Shown: positions 1 through 12,659 of the stretch, piece after piece
Layout of the letters: the number at the start of each line of letters is the position of its first letter
Numbering within the stretch: the first letter of the stretch is position 1
Origin: Hypanus sabinus
Taxonomy: Eukaryota
NCBI RefSeq assembly: GCF_030144855.1
Contig: NC_082734.1
Coordinates: 21,824,001-21,888,000, forward strand
DNA: 64,000 nt
Direction of reading: 5' to 3'
Position numbers and translations under genes: made by a program
The notes under the pieces: model-generated
The model's database searches: none
What the model was told of the DNA's origin: nothing
Seen by the model: the letters and a program-made list of their open reading frames with translations, nothing else

Positions 1-420
1 GCCCAGCTATAGGAAGCAAGGGAATAAGCTGGAGATGGTGCAGGAGAGATTCACCAGGACATTCCCGGTACTGGAAGGCTTGAGTTGTAAGAAGAGACTG
101 GACTGGTCTTCCTTGGAGTGAAGGAGGCTGAGGGGTGACCTGAGGTTTATAAAACCACGAGGAGCATAGATAAGGTGAGAGGTCATGGTTTCTCTCCATT
201 GGGGCACAGATTTAAGGTGAAAGGGGAAAGGTTTAAATGGTCAGGACTTTCAGCCAGAGGGCTGTACGGATATAAAACGAGCTCCCAGAGGAAGACACTT
301 GGACAGGTACACAGATAGGAAAGGTTCAGAGGGATACAAGTCAAATACAGGCAGATGGGATCAGCTCGGGAAAGGACTGGGTTGGGGTGAATGGCCTATT
401 TCTGTGCTGCATGACTCTGG
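1..420 (+). mobile_element. CR1-like LINE 3' fragment
   Basis: Degenerate RT C-terminus (VQERFTR...RRLRGDL) and GAATGGCCTATTTCTGTGCTG tail. Confidence 0.75.
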
Positions 421-2051
421 GACACTGACCACTTTAAGTGGAGATTGTGTTGATATCTTTTGATACCTTCCACCACCTCTCAAAACCAGAAGTTTACAGA
501 AAATTGTTATGTGGGATCGCACTGTGTAGCCCGCTTGCAGCCACACATAGGCTGCAATGTATTTAATATTTCAGTAATATTTGAGTAATATATTGTTTGA
601 TTAAGCATTTTTTGTTTACATACTCTTACATATAACCCATAATGAAGTACGTGAATGGCTAATGTTATTACGCCACCATGTCATAAGCAAGCACCGCAGT
701 AAAGCAAAACAAAGCAGCTCCTGGGTTTTTCTTTCAATAACTTTTGGAGTTCCAAAATACAAGTGACAATGAGGTAGTTTTAAAACGAACCCTACCTGTT
801 GAAGTGCAGCACGTTCTTTTTGCTTCGCAAGGGGAGAGAGAAATGTTCACGTTTTAAAAAACATGCTGCAAGTGTTTCTTCAGAAGGGGACAAAATTGGC
901 GTTCACCTCTCATAGGCAATTCTACTTGCTTTCAAATACCTCAATTTGTTCAGTTAAAAAAGGTGGAAAAATGAAGAAATTCATGGGTTCATAAACAGTG
1001 AGTACCAGGTGATAACCATAATTTCTTTCTTTTTTTTAAAAGGCAGAAATGGTTGGCTATATTGGAAAGACAGACATGCTCAATTGCACAATAGATAACT
1101 GGATTATGTATGCTAATGAATTGAGCAGTTTTTTTTTTAAAAGCAAATGGAATCACCAATGAGAAACGAGTGCCAGTTTTGCCGGGTGCAATAGGTGGCA
1201 TAAAGATTGCCAAGAAGTCTGACTATTGCACCCAAACCAGCCGAAATGGGCTTTGCCAATATCATGAAAGCAACGCAGGATCATTTAAAACCGAAACCAT
1301 TGTTGATTGCAGATGCTTTAGGTTTCATAAGCAGTATCAAAAGGACAAGGAGACTATTTCAGCTTACACAGCTGAATTGAAGAAATTGCCTAAGCATTGC
1401 CAGTTCATCAATGGGTTTAATGATGTACTGAGAGATTGTTTAGTTTGTGGAATTTTACAAGAAAGTATTCAAAAGTGGCTCCTAACCAGGGAATAACTCA
1501 GATTTAAAAGAGCAGTTTAAATTACTGTGTTGCAACTGAGTTGCAGTCAGGAATGAAAGAGAGCATGAGCAAAACTGTAATGTCTAAACAGAAACCTGCC
1601 TCGCCGAACAAATTGTGTTACCGTTGTGGCAGGGGCTCGCATACTCCAGACCAATGCAGACTTAAAGGTAAAACTTGCAACAAAGTAGGACACATACAAA
1701 GGGCATGTTGGGCAGGCAAAAATAAATGGACTGCACAGGGAAGAAGGAAAAGATAAAAAGTCCAGTTGTAGTTTCAAGAAGAATCTGCATGCTGTTGATG
1801 AATGATCTGATAATGATGAGAGTGATAAAGGACTGAGTAGCCTTGATATTTACAATGTGAGATCTAACCAGAAATGACCAATACGGCTTACACCAGATGT
1901 GAACGGCAAATTAATTAAAATGGAATTGGACAATAGCTTGGCTGTTCCCGTCATTACACAAAATGAGCCTGAAAGGCATCTTAAAGATGCTGAACTGAAG
2001 CCTGCACGTATCCAACCATACTGGAGAAAAGATAACTCCTATAGGAATGTA

Positions 2052-2197
2052 CAGTCGGCCCTCCTTATCCACGGATTCCGCATGCGCGAATTCAACCAAC
2101 CATAAATTGCGAAAACCTTGAAGTGCTCTTCCAGCACTTGTTGTTCGAGCAGGTACAGACTTTTTTTCTTGTCACTATTCCCTAAACAATGCAGCAT
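2052..2197 (+). mobile_element. Tigger/pogo-type MITE fragment (MER2-like) inserted in the Gypsy element
   Basis: TA followed by the CAGTCGGCCCTCCTTATCC terminus; internal GTACAGACTTTTTTTTCTTGTCACTATTCCCTAAACAAT; recognised from memory of Tigger-family consensus sequences. Confidence 0.65.
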
Positions 2198-2624
2198 GAT
2201 TGAAGATCCATCCATCATTTGCATGTCAGATCCCCTGCAATAGAGTCAACTAAAAGCAAATTAAGAAAGGTACTAGATGATGCCAGAGAAGCGTACAAGG
2301 ACAGCACTGGAAAATTCAACATAGAGGATAAGATAGTGTTAAATGAAAATGCCACACTTAAGTTTTTAAAAGCCCATCCAGTTCCTTGTACCCTCTGTAA
2401 TAAAATAGTAAGTGAGCTAGATCACATGGAGGCTGAAGGAATTCTTTCCAAGGTCATGTTGAGCATTTGAGCAAAGCCAGTGGACCAGAAGCCAAGAAGA
2501 ATGGGTCTGTCAGGATCTGTGGTGATTTTAAGGTCACCAGCAACCAGTACTGAAAGTAGATTAATACCCACCGCCCAGGGATAAAGAATATATTTGCAAA
2601 CTCTCTTGGAGGGAAAGGTTTTGT

Positions 2625-3058
2625 CAATTACTATAACAGGTTCCTTCTCCAAGAGAACGACAACCTCGTCGTTGATTTTGGAGGCTCACCTGCCTCAATA
2701 TCCTGCACAGCCATGTTGACTGAGGTCAGGCCTTGTGCTTTGGCTCTTAGTAGGGTCACCCATGACAAATAGGTCGAAGTGTATAGGCCAGACTAAGAGT
2801 GGTCCATTTGTCCTCCAGGTTCGGGGATGTCAGCTCAGGGCTAACAACCCTGACTAGTAAAACAAAATTGTTTACAGAAACAGCAATGAAGAATCCTTCT
2901 ACATCTAAGCGTGACAGTATTCTTGACTTTCCACCAGGGACATGCATGACTGACAGTAGTGAAAATCAAGAACAAGCTATGACATGAAGATCCTGAACAC
3001 CACCAGAGATGGAGCACTTTCATTGCTGCCCTAAATGCCAATGGTGTAGTAGGTAATC
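2625..3058 (+). mobile_element. RTE-derived non-autonomous retroelement inserted in the Gypsy RT region
   Basis: RTE-like 5' UTR motif CAGGGCTAACAACCCTGAC...AAAAC and 3' tail TTCATTGCTGCCCTAAATGCC; interrupts pol homology. Confidence 0.45.
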
Positions 3059-5339
3059 ATTTTCATTTCAGAACAGGCTCCTGCCAAGCCTGGCTACTGT
3101 GCTTCACATCTTGACTCATTACTACAGACCGGGAAGAAATGGCAATGGACAAAGCAGTGTGAAGTTGCTTTCCAAAAGAAAAAGGAAATGGTGACATCAG
3201 ACACAGTATTGACACATTATTATCCACATTACCCAGTGAAGCTTACCTGTGAAAACTTGCCTTATGGTATAGGGTGCAGTCATATCACTTTATAAGTGAT
3301 GGAAGTGAACGCCCCATAGCCTTTACATCACGTTCCCTTACCGCTGCAGAGAATATTACAAACAGATTGACAGAGAAGCCGCAAGTTTGGTTTGGGTATA
3401 AAATTTTTCAACCAGTACTTGTATGGGAGAGAGTTTACGCTCATTACTGATCAATGACAAGTGTCCAATTTCAATTCACAGAAGGGTGTTCTGCTATCAG
3501 CAACAGCGTGAACACAAAGATGGGCTCTGATTCTTGGAGAACAAAATCACAAGATCAAATTCAAGAGGACAACTAATCACGGAAATACTGATGGTTTGTC
3601 CCGTTTACCCTCGGAAATGGAAGTACCAGAAAAACTTACAATACAGGACACTTCCCTGTAGTATTCTTCCTAATGCAAATCAAAAATCTCTCAATTACGG
3701 CAGAGTTGATACAAAAGGAAACCAGAAGTTAAAAGGTCTACATGGCAAGCAAAAATGGCTGCAATGTGCAGCAAATATTCCAATTTCCCCATTCTTACCA
3801 GTGCCAGGATGAACTTCCCTTTGATAGGGGTTGCCTTATGTGGGGATTGAGAGTTTATCACCATCCATACCGACAGCCAAAAAGTCAGAAGAGTTATACG
3901 TCAGTCACCTAGGCGTGGTCAAATTGAAAGCATTGGCTTGAAGCAGTTGCTGCTGGCCTGGGATAGATCAGCAGATCAAGCAGCCATGCACTGTTTGGGA
4001 TGCCGACATGCCCAGATGATGCTCCATCCCTGGGAATGGCCTGCATTGCCCTGGAAGAGGATTCATGTGGATTTTGCAAGACCGTTCATGGGCACAAATT
4101 TCTTGCCAGTAGTGGATATAGCTACAAAGTGGCTGAAGTGTTCCCAACAGCCTCACACACTGTTGATGTGTTGAGACGCCCCTTTTTAAGGTCCAGTGCT
4201 CCAGAACACTTAGTCAGTGACAATGGACAACAGTTTGTTGAGGAACAGTTTCAGTCATTCCTGAAAATGAATGGAATTACATCTGTATCATACCACCCAG
4301 CCAGAAATGGCTTGGTGGAAAGTTTTGTCCAAAGTTTAAAGAATGTTCTGTGAGCAATGTCAGTAGAACACACTACACTTACACAGAATCAGAAGCTCAC
4401 CAACTTCCTCCTTGCATATTATAATGCAACACACTCCACAATCAACAACTCACCAGTACGCCGCTCCTGGATTTACTATGCTCTGCCTGTCTAAATAGTA
4501 GCTGAGAGTTGAGATCCATTCTGTATTGAGTTGGGAGGATTGAGGTGTATTTAATATGCAAGTAATATTTGAGTGATATTGTAAATATATTGGTTAAGCA
4601 TTGTGTTTACATAATTCAACATGGGTTATATGTAAAAGTATGTGAATGACATACGTCATTATGCCACCACATCATAGGTGAGCGTCTCACTAAAGTAAGA
4701 CAAAGTAGCCATGCATCTTCTGGTTCCTGTGTTTTTCTTTCCATAAGATTTGGAGTTACAAAACTTAATGGGTTCAACCCCTCTGACTGTGAAGGGTGTG
4801 GGATGGGGAGGAGTAGTGGTTGCTGTGAGTGGGGATTATGGGCTAGGCTAACCTAGTCATCTATCGGGTGACAGCGGATTATCGCTGACCTGGGGGCCCA
4901 CTGCTCGGTGCTGTCTCTCTCCCTTGTTCTGATACACCTCACATTGTCTGCCCCACCTTACCTCCCTCTCTGAGAATTTACCCCTCCACTGCTTGCTGTT
5001 GTGTGTTCCATTACGATGTACCCTCACATACCCTGCTTCTCCCTCTCTGCCTCTTCCCCTACCCTAAGGCACTGCAATTGCTGCTGCGTAGCCAGTTTTT
5101 ACACACCCTTGCATCCACCGTGTTGTTTCCACTTTTTCCTGTTTACCCCCACCCCCACTGTCCTTTCTTCTTACCATGGCTTCTCTCTGCCTCTCCCCCC
5201 CTCCCAGTCCCTCTGCCCCGCACAGAGATGGTGTTGGGGGGGGTAGGGGAGAGAGAAAAAATATGGAATGAGCAGGACAGGCAGACAAGGACCAGCTCAT
5301 CTCAGATGGTGATGAGGGCATAAGGAACAAGATACCCCA

Positions 5340-6095
5340 GCTAGTGTTGCAAAAACTCTGCACTCAACATCAGTAAAATCACAGAACTGATTGTGGACTT
5401 CAGAAAGGGTAAGATGAGAGAACACACCAGTCCTCAGAGAGATCAGAAGTGGTGAGAGTGTGCAATTTGAAGTTCCTGGGCGTTAATATCTCTGGGGGCC
5501 AAACCTGGTCGTAATATACTGATGCAGCTGTAAAGGTTAGACAGCGGCTACGTTTTATTAGGAGTTTGAGGAGATGTGGTTATGCTTATGTCTACAGATG
5601 TATCATAGGGAGATTCCTAACAGGTTGCATCACCGCCTGGTATGGGGGTGGGGGGAGGGGCTGCTACACAAGATCGAAGTTTATAGAAACTTGTAAAATT
5701 AATCAGCTCCATCATGGGTACTAGCCTCCGCAGTATCCCATATGACATCTTCAAGAAGTGGTGCCTCATAAAGGGGGCATCCATCATTAAAGACCCCCCA
5801 TTTCTACTAACAGGAAGGAGGTACAGAAGCCTGAAGACACACACTCAATTCAGGAACAGCTTCTTCCCCTTTTCCATCTGGTTTCTGAGTGGACAGTGAA
5901 CCCATGAACACTACCTCATTCCATTTTGTTTTTATTTCTCTTTTTGCATTACTTCCTTAATTTAACTATTTAATATGTATACTCTTGCTGTCATACAGAT
6001 TTTTTTTCTATATTATCATGTTTTGCATTGTACTGCTGCCGCAAAGTTAACAAATTTCACAATGTCTGCTGGTGATCTTAAACCCGATTCTGATC
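5340..6095 (+). mobile_element. Rex1/Babar-like LINE 3' fragment
   Basis: LNISK..ELIVDFRK, FKFLGV and GRRYRSLK motifs; AAACCCGATTCTGAT tail. Confidence 0.75.
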
Positions 6096-7174
6096 CATCA
6101 TAAGCAAGAGATTCTGCAGATGCACACACAACAAAACGCTGGGGTTCTCAGCAGGTCAGGGAGCCTGGAGATGGGTAAACAAGGCAGCCCAATCAATTCT
6201 CCAACATCTACTGTAACCCGGACAGAGTACGCCAAGTTACACAGCGTCCCAGTCCATGGATACAAACTGCCTGTTTGAGGGCTGAGCATGGTAGAGTACA
6301 CTAGGGCCCCACACACTGCTGGCTGAGCCCATCCCCACTCACACGCATTCCATGAGCCGACTGCATTTGTTGCAGTGATGGGGCGTGGGAGTCATCAGTC
6401 CAGCGAACCTCCGGAGGGGAACTGCGGACGAGTCTTGAACAATGCGAGGATGAGTGATGCTGGGAAGACAGGTGCATGGCTTAGCCGAGAGAAGCACAGC
6501 CAGACCCAACAGTAGCCTCCCTCGAGTGCCTGGTGTTTACCCTGTTGCTCACTCAGGCAGGCTCCTCTGGGGAACTAATTAGCCCAAGGAGTATGTCAGG
6601 GCTGATTTACAGAGGTCCTAGAGCTTTGCAGCAGGAAACCGTTACACAACGTGCTCTCTCAGCACACCTCCAACCCATGTTCATATACAGCACAGACCGA
6701 TTACTTCACTGATGATCCAACAATATTTCCTTCAAAAACACCAATCAAGCCCTTCCATCAGATTCCTGACATAGGAGCAGAATGAGGCCATTTGGTCCAT
6801 TGAGTCTGCTCCACCATCCGATCATAACTGGTTTATTATCCCTCTCAATCTCACTAGGGTGTTTGTGGTCTGCAAGGCTTTGTTTCTTTTTCTTTTCATG
6901 TGGGGGAGGAAATTGATGTCTTTTTTTCAGCTACTTGTATGGTTTTCTATATTCAATGGCTATCTGGAGAAGACAAGTCTGAGATGTATTCTGCGTGCAT
7001 GCTTGGATAATAAAATTAACCTTTGAACCTTCATTCTCCTACATTCACCCCACACCCTTACTAATTAACCTCCGTTTTAAATATACCCAGTGATATGGCC
7101 TCTATTGAAATCTGAGGCAATGAATTCCACTAATTCACAACCAGCTAGCTAAATAAATACCTCATCTCTGTTGT

Positions 7175-7905
7175 AAAGGTAAAAAATTGCCTGACACATC
7201 TGTTGGAATTCTTTGAGGCAGCATAGAGAAAGGAGAGTTAGTGGATGTTTCAGAAGGCCTTCGACAAGGCAAATCTAATGTTAGGATTCATCTCCAGTGG
7301 ATTTGAATATAAAAAGCAAGGATGTAATTGTGAGTCTTTATAATGCATTGGTTTTACAGCATTTGGAGAACTGTGAGCAGTTTTGGGCTCCATATCTTAG
7401 AAAGGACATGCTGGCATTGGAGAGGGTCCAGAGGAGATCCATAAGAATGATCCCAGGAATTAAAGGGTTAACATGTGAGGAATATTTGATGGCTCTGGAC
7501 CTGTACTCACTGTAGTTTAGAAAAATGACAAGGGCTCTAATTGAAACCTTTAGAATATTGAAAGGCCTAGATAGAGTGGATGTGGAGAGGATGTTTCCAA
7601 TAGTGGGAGAGTCTCGGACCAGAGTGCACAGGCTCAGAATACAAGGTCATTGTTTTAGAACACAGATGTGGAGGAATTTCTTTAGTCAGAGGGTAATGAA
7701 TCTGTGAGATCCTCACCACAGATGCCCATGACAGGAACATCATTAGGTATATTTAAAGTGGAGGCTGATATGTTCTTGATTAGTTTGGGTGTCAAAGATA
7801 TGGAGAGAAGACAGGAGATTGGGGTTGAGAGAGAAGTCAGATATGATAGAAGAGCAGAGTAGACTCAAGGGGCTGAATGGCCTAATTCAGCTCCTATGTC
7901 TTGTG
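7175..7905 (+). mobile_element. CR1-like LINE fragment
   Basis: LYNALV...QFWAPYLRKD..ALERVQRR; RNFFSQRV; AATGGCCTAATTC tail. Confidence 0.85.
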
Positions 7906-8600
7906 GCATGTTCACACATGCATACCAACGGTCCTCTTTAAATTTCTCTCCTCTCTCCTAAAACCTAACCCCTTGATTTACTTCAACAGGGGAAAGTGGA
8001 GAAAGAAAGATTCTCCTTCCCCCATTGATACTTGGGATAATCTTTCACACACGTCAGGTCACCCAAGCCTCCTTCACCCCAGGAAAGTGGCTGAATAACT
8101 GCTTCTTTCAAGGAAACCCACCAATATATTAACACCCACCAGGATGCTGCAAGGAAGCAACACTGCTCTGGGGAGGGGGAGGGGATTTCACACAAGAGAG
8201 CCTACAAACAGACCGGGGATTGGACAGGCTCAAGGAAACAGGGACTAGGAGGACAGGATGCTGGGCAGGGTTGGTTGGCTGGCTGGCTGGCTGGCACTGA
8301 TTCCACACCACAGACCTACTCCAGAGGGCCACAGAGGGAGGCTGGAAACAGATTGTTTCTCCACCTTACCAACCTACCCACTTCCCTCATTCCCCTGGCA
8401 AGTCACCGACCCCTCCTATCCCACCACACTGCTTCACCTCCTCCATCCCATCAAACCGTTTCCCTCCTCTCCCCATCATACCAACCTCCCCCACTCCCTC
8501 CCCACCACCCTGGTCAACCCACTTCCCGGCCCGTAAACCCACCTCCCTCTCCCCCAACATCTCTTTCCCCCTCTCCTCTACCTCCTCCCACCCGGGACAA

Positions 8601-9525
8601 TCTCGGACACCGACCTTGGGTGACGTTACCGAGCTCATTGTACAGGTAGAAGAGGCTGCCCATGACCCTACCCCCCCTGGACCCCCTACCCCTGAGATCT
8701 CTCCCCCCACCCCATACACACCGAGCATGGCTCTGGACCGCCCCCACCCCGGCCTCCCGTCCTCCCCTCTCGGACACTGACCGTGGGTGTAGATGTTACC
8801 CAGCTCGTTATGCAGGTAGAAGAGGCTGCCCATGACCCTACCCCCCCTGGACCCCCTACCCCTGAGATCTCTCCCCCCACCCCATACACACCGAGCATGG
8901 CTCTGGACCGCCCCCACCCCGGCATCCCGTCCTTCCCTCTCGGACACTGACCGTGGGTGTAGATGTTACCCAGCTCGTTATGCAGGTAGAAGAGGCTGCC
9001 CATGACCCTACCCGCCCTGGACCCCCTACCCCTGAGATCTCTCCCCCCACCCCATACACACCGAGCATGGCTCTGGACCGCCCCCACCCCGGCATCCCGT
9101 CCTCCCCTCTCGGACACTGACCGTGGGTGTAGATGTTACCCAGCTCGTTATGCAGGTAGAAGAGGCTGCCCATGACCCTACCCGCCCTGGACCCCCTACC
9201 CCTGAGATCTCTCCTCCCCCCCCACCCCTTACACACAGAGCATGGCTCTGGACCGCCCCCACCCCGGCCTCCCGTCCTCCCGTCCTCCCCTCTCGGACAC
9301 TGACCGTGGGTGTAGATGTTACCCAGCTCGTTATGCAGGTAGAAGAGGCTGCCCATGACCCTACCCTCCCTGGACCCCCTACCCCTGAGATCTCTCCCCC
9401 CACCCCATACACACAGAGCATGGCTCTGGACCGCCCCCACCCCGGCCTCCCGTCCTCCCCTCTCGGACACTGACCGTGGGTGTAGATGTTACCCAGCTCG
9501 TTATGCAGGTAGAAGAGGCTGCCCA
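8601..9525 (-). repeat. Tandem array of about 170-bp units (about 5.5 copies) made from the 3' end of PAQR4 exon 1, its splice donor and the intron start
   Basis: G|GTCAGTGTCC donor recurs at 9474, 9304, 9121, 8951 and 8781 (spacing 170/183/170/170), plus a diverged copy at about 8614. Confidence 0.95.
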
Positions 9526-9634
9526 CACAGCCCCGCAGCGGGGTCACGGGCCGGTAGCCGCCCAGCACGAACCGGTTGAACTGTAGGTGGGCCGGGCTGC
9601 TGGCCCAGTCCTGGAGCCGGGGCCCGCTCGGCAT
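9475..9634 (-). CDS. PAQR4: Progestin and adipoQ receptor family member 4, coding exon 1 (remaining exons lie beyond the window start)
   Basis: MPSGPRLQDWASSPAHLQFNRFVLGGYRPVTPLRGCVGSLFYLHNELGNIYTH G|GTCAGT matches the PAQR4 N-terminus (GPRLLDWASSPPHLQFNKFVLTGYRP...SLFYLHNELGNIYTHG); downstream of KREMEN2 on the same strand, as in human. Confidence 0.93.
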
Positions 9635-10830
9635 CAGGCCAGGAGAGGGCAGAGAGCCCGGACCCACCGAACTGCCAACTGTCCGCCGCTCCCCCTTCCA
9701 ACTATAAGGGGGGGGGGGGGGGGGGGGGCGGTCCCGACTCGGCCGGCAGTGAGCAGGCGCACTGGCAACGGGAACCGGCGGAGAGACAGCACAGGCGCAC
9801 TAGCAACGGGAACCGGCGGAGAGCACAGGAGGGGACAGCTGAACGCAAAAGGGAAGAGAGGAAGAATGGAGAAGTGCATGCATACTGGACGATGAGCAGG
9901 TGCACTAAAACCGTGAACGGCAGCGCTTAAAAGCGGCGTCCTTGTGGGGGGGAGGTGGTGGTTAGTGGTTTAAAATTGTGCGCAAGCGCGGAAGAAGCAG
10001 TCGGCACACCTGCTCTGTACCCGGCTTCAGACCGCCTGCCGGCAACAGAATAATCCCGCCATTTACCGTCATCCTGTCAGTCATTGGTCGGTCCTTCCCT
10101 TCAGTTCATCCCGTCAGCTAATGAAATGTCCCGAACTTCTTTGCACCCCTGTCAGTCAACTATTGGTTCCCGCCCCTTTGCATTCTGCTGCCAGTCAACA
10201 AGGATGCTGGAAATCCGGGCAACGTCCACACAATACTGGAGGAACTCAGCAGGCCAGGCTGCCTCTATGGAAAAGAGTACAGTCGATGATCCGGGCCAAG
10301 ACCCTTCGGCAGGACGATCAGCCAGTCAATAATAGATCTCTAATGACAGACCCCGACCCAACCATCTGTCAGTCAACACTAGGTCCCGTCCTGTTACAAT
10401 CCTGCTGCCCGTGATAGCCCCGACCCATCCTCCTGTCAATCAACACTAGGTCCCGCCCTGTTACAATCCTGCTGCCCGTGATAGCCCCGACCCATCCTCC
10501 TGTCAATCAACACTAGGTCCCGCCCTTCTCATTCTTTTGACAGGTTCCAACCGCAGGTTAGTCAGTCACGTGTCCTGCCATTTCCCCCCTGTCATTCAAC
10601 CGCATGCCCCGCCCCTAGATCCCTCAGACCCGCCCCTTTCTCATCCATCGGTCAATCAATGCTGCTCTTTCTCATCTGTCTATCAATCAATCCTAGATCC
10701 TGCCCCTTCTTATCTGCCTGTCATTTAAATCTGCCTTGCTTAATATCCTTCTGTCAATCACAGGCCCTGCCCCTTCTCACCCTCTCGTCCGTCAACCATG
10801 ATCCCTGCCCCTCCTGCTTCCCATCACCCA
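9520..10830 (-). promoter_or_regulatory. PAQR4 CpG island and upstream promoter with GC boxes, CCAAT, E-box and TGANTGACAG motifs
   Basis: CpG-dense 9520-10080; several CCCGCCC; ATTGG near 10083 and 10162; GTCACGTG at 10565; 67-bp tandem duplication starting at 10374 and 10441. Confidence 0.6.
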
Positions 10831-11949
10831 CCACTCAGCCTTCTACTTGTCATAGAAACATCATATCTCTATATATTATAGTTTTGCTGCCTAAAAAGAA
10901 ATTTCACAACATATGACATACCAAGTTCAAGTTTATTGTCATTCAACTACATACGTGTACACCGCCAAACGAAAGACCAAGGTGCACAACTAAGTACATA
11001 TAAAACTCACACACCACATATGATGTAATACTACTACAAATAGATTAATAAATAATAAAATATATTCCAAAGATTGACATTTAGGATGAGGAAACCAGGA
11101 ACTAGAATAATAAATAACTGGTCAAAGTGCCCAAAGTGGGGGTGAGGGGCAGCCTTGTATGGAAATGTTCTCACCCCTGGTAGCAAACCCAACATGCAGA
11201 TAGAATTTAGACAGGATTGTTTTAAGTGAGCTTGGTTGAAGTTGCCAGTTACAATAAAGAAACCATTGGTGTGTGTGAGCCTTGGACATCACTGATGGTG
11301 TCAGAGAGTTCATGCAGTACCTTCCCAACATCAGCACAGAGGTGAGGGGATGTATTCAGTCATAACCACAATGGCAGTGAACCATTCAACACCCCCCCCC
11401 CCCGCAAATAGAGGGGATTGCACTTCACGTTAAAAGCCAGAGGTAAACACGACCAAAGCATTCACACACCATTTCTTATTAGAATGGATATATAGTCCTC
11501 CGTGGGTCTTAGCAGAGTTGTAGGGTTTCAGTTGGCCCGAAAAGAGATGAAACCCACGAGCTGGATGGCCGCTTCAGGGGTGGTATCTTGAAGCCATGTT
11601 TTCCGGCGGGAAGAGCATCCAGCAGTCTTTCACCTCACGCTGATTCACCCGGTTTATTTCCTAGCGATCGGACATTTGAAAGTCGAATCGAGGGAGGAGC
11701 AAGCCTGCGGGGTTTCGCCTTTCGTCTCGCATGAATACCAGCACATTTACCGTCCTTCTGCTCACCTGCGCACACTTTCTACCCTCGTTTGCAGCAGGCG
11801 ATGACTCAGTACTCAATAAGCCTCTTTGTGAGTGATAATTTCTGATACAAATCACTAGATTGTCACACGTACCGAGGCACAGTGAAAATCTATTGCTCTG
11901 CTTGTCATCCGCACAGATCAGTGGGGCAAATGCGAGACAGTGCACTATT

Positions 11950-12655
11950 CAGGGCAAGATCCCTAACAGCGTTGCAGAGCAGAGAGATCTTGGGGTCCAA
12001 GTTCATAGCTCCTTGAAAGTGGCTGCACAGGTCGATAAGGTGGTTAGGAAGGCTTTTGGAATGCTTGCTGTTATTAGTCGAGGCACTGAGTTCAAAAGTC
12101 AGGAGGTTATGGTGCAACTTTATAAAACTCTGATTAGGCTGGTCATCCTGCTATATGAAGGATGTTGAAGCCTTGGAGAGGGGGTAGAAGAGGTCTACCA
12201 GGATGCTGCCTGGTTCAGAGGGCGTGTGCTATCACGAGAAGCTGGATAAAGTTGGGTTGTTTTCTCTGGAGTGCCGGAGGCTGATGGGAGATCTGATAGA
12301 GGTTTACAAACTTAGGAAAGGCATAGATAGAGTGTACAGAAAGTGTCTGTTTCCCAGGGATGAGGTGCGTACCACCAGACAGCATGCATTGAGGGTGAGA
12401 ATGGGTAGGTTCAAGGGGGATTGAGGAGTAAGATTTTTACTCAGGGAGTGGTGGATGCCTGGGATGTGCTGCCTGGTATGGTGTACAGGCAAATACATTA
12501 GAGGCTTTTAAAAGACATTTGGCTAGGCACATGGATGTGAGGAAAATGGAGGAACTGTGTAGGTAGGAGGGATTAGTGTTCGGGTGTTTTCAATTTGCTT
12601 CGGTACAATGTTTTGGGCCGAATGGCCTGTTCCTGTTCTGTTCTACGTTCTGTTA
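11950..12655 (+). mobile_element. CR1-like LINE 3' fragment
   Basis: EQRDLGVQVHSSLKVAAQVDKVVRKAFGML; GLFSLECRRLMGDLIEVYK. Confidence 0.85.
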
Positions 12656-12659
12656 TTTT

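Larger units (their letters stand above)
558..4767 (+). mobile_element. Degenerate Ty3/Gypsy LTR retrotransposon (Mag/K02A2.6-like)
   Basis: Diverged LTRs at about 558-762 and 4546-4767; gag CCHC knuckle remnants (CYRCGRGSHTPDQC, CNKVGHIQRAC); protease MELD; RT and RNaseH remnants; integrase HPWEWPALPWKRIHVDFARPF and LVSDNGQQF; many stops and frameshifts. Confidence 0.9.

Noticed and set aside
6240-6320. Minus-strand GPSVLYH peptide resembling PAQR4 exon 2 (GSVLYHLFM)
   Set aside because: Similarity stops after five residues and a stop follows; no hydrophobic helices or fitting splice sites. Exon 2 must lie outside the window.
8387-9470. Long overlapping ORFs (143-213 aa) over the 170-bp array
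   Set aside because: Frame-cycling products of the tandem repeat; only 9634-9475 is real coding sequence.
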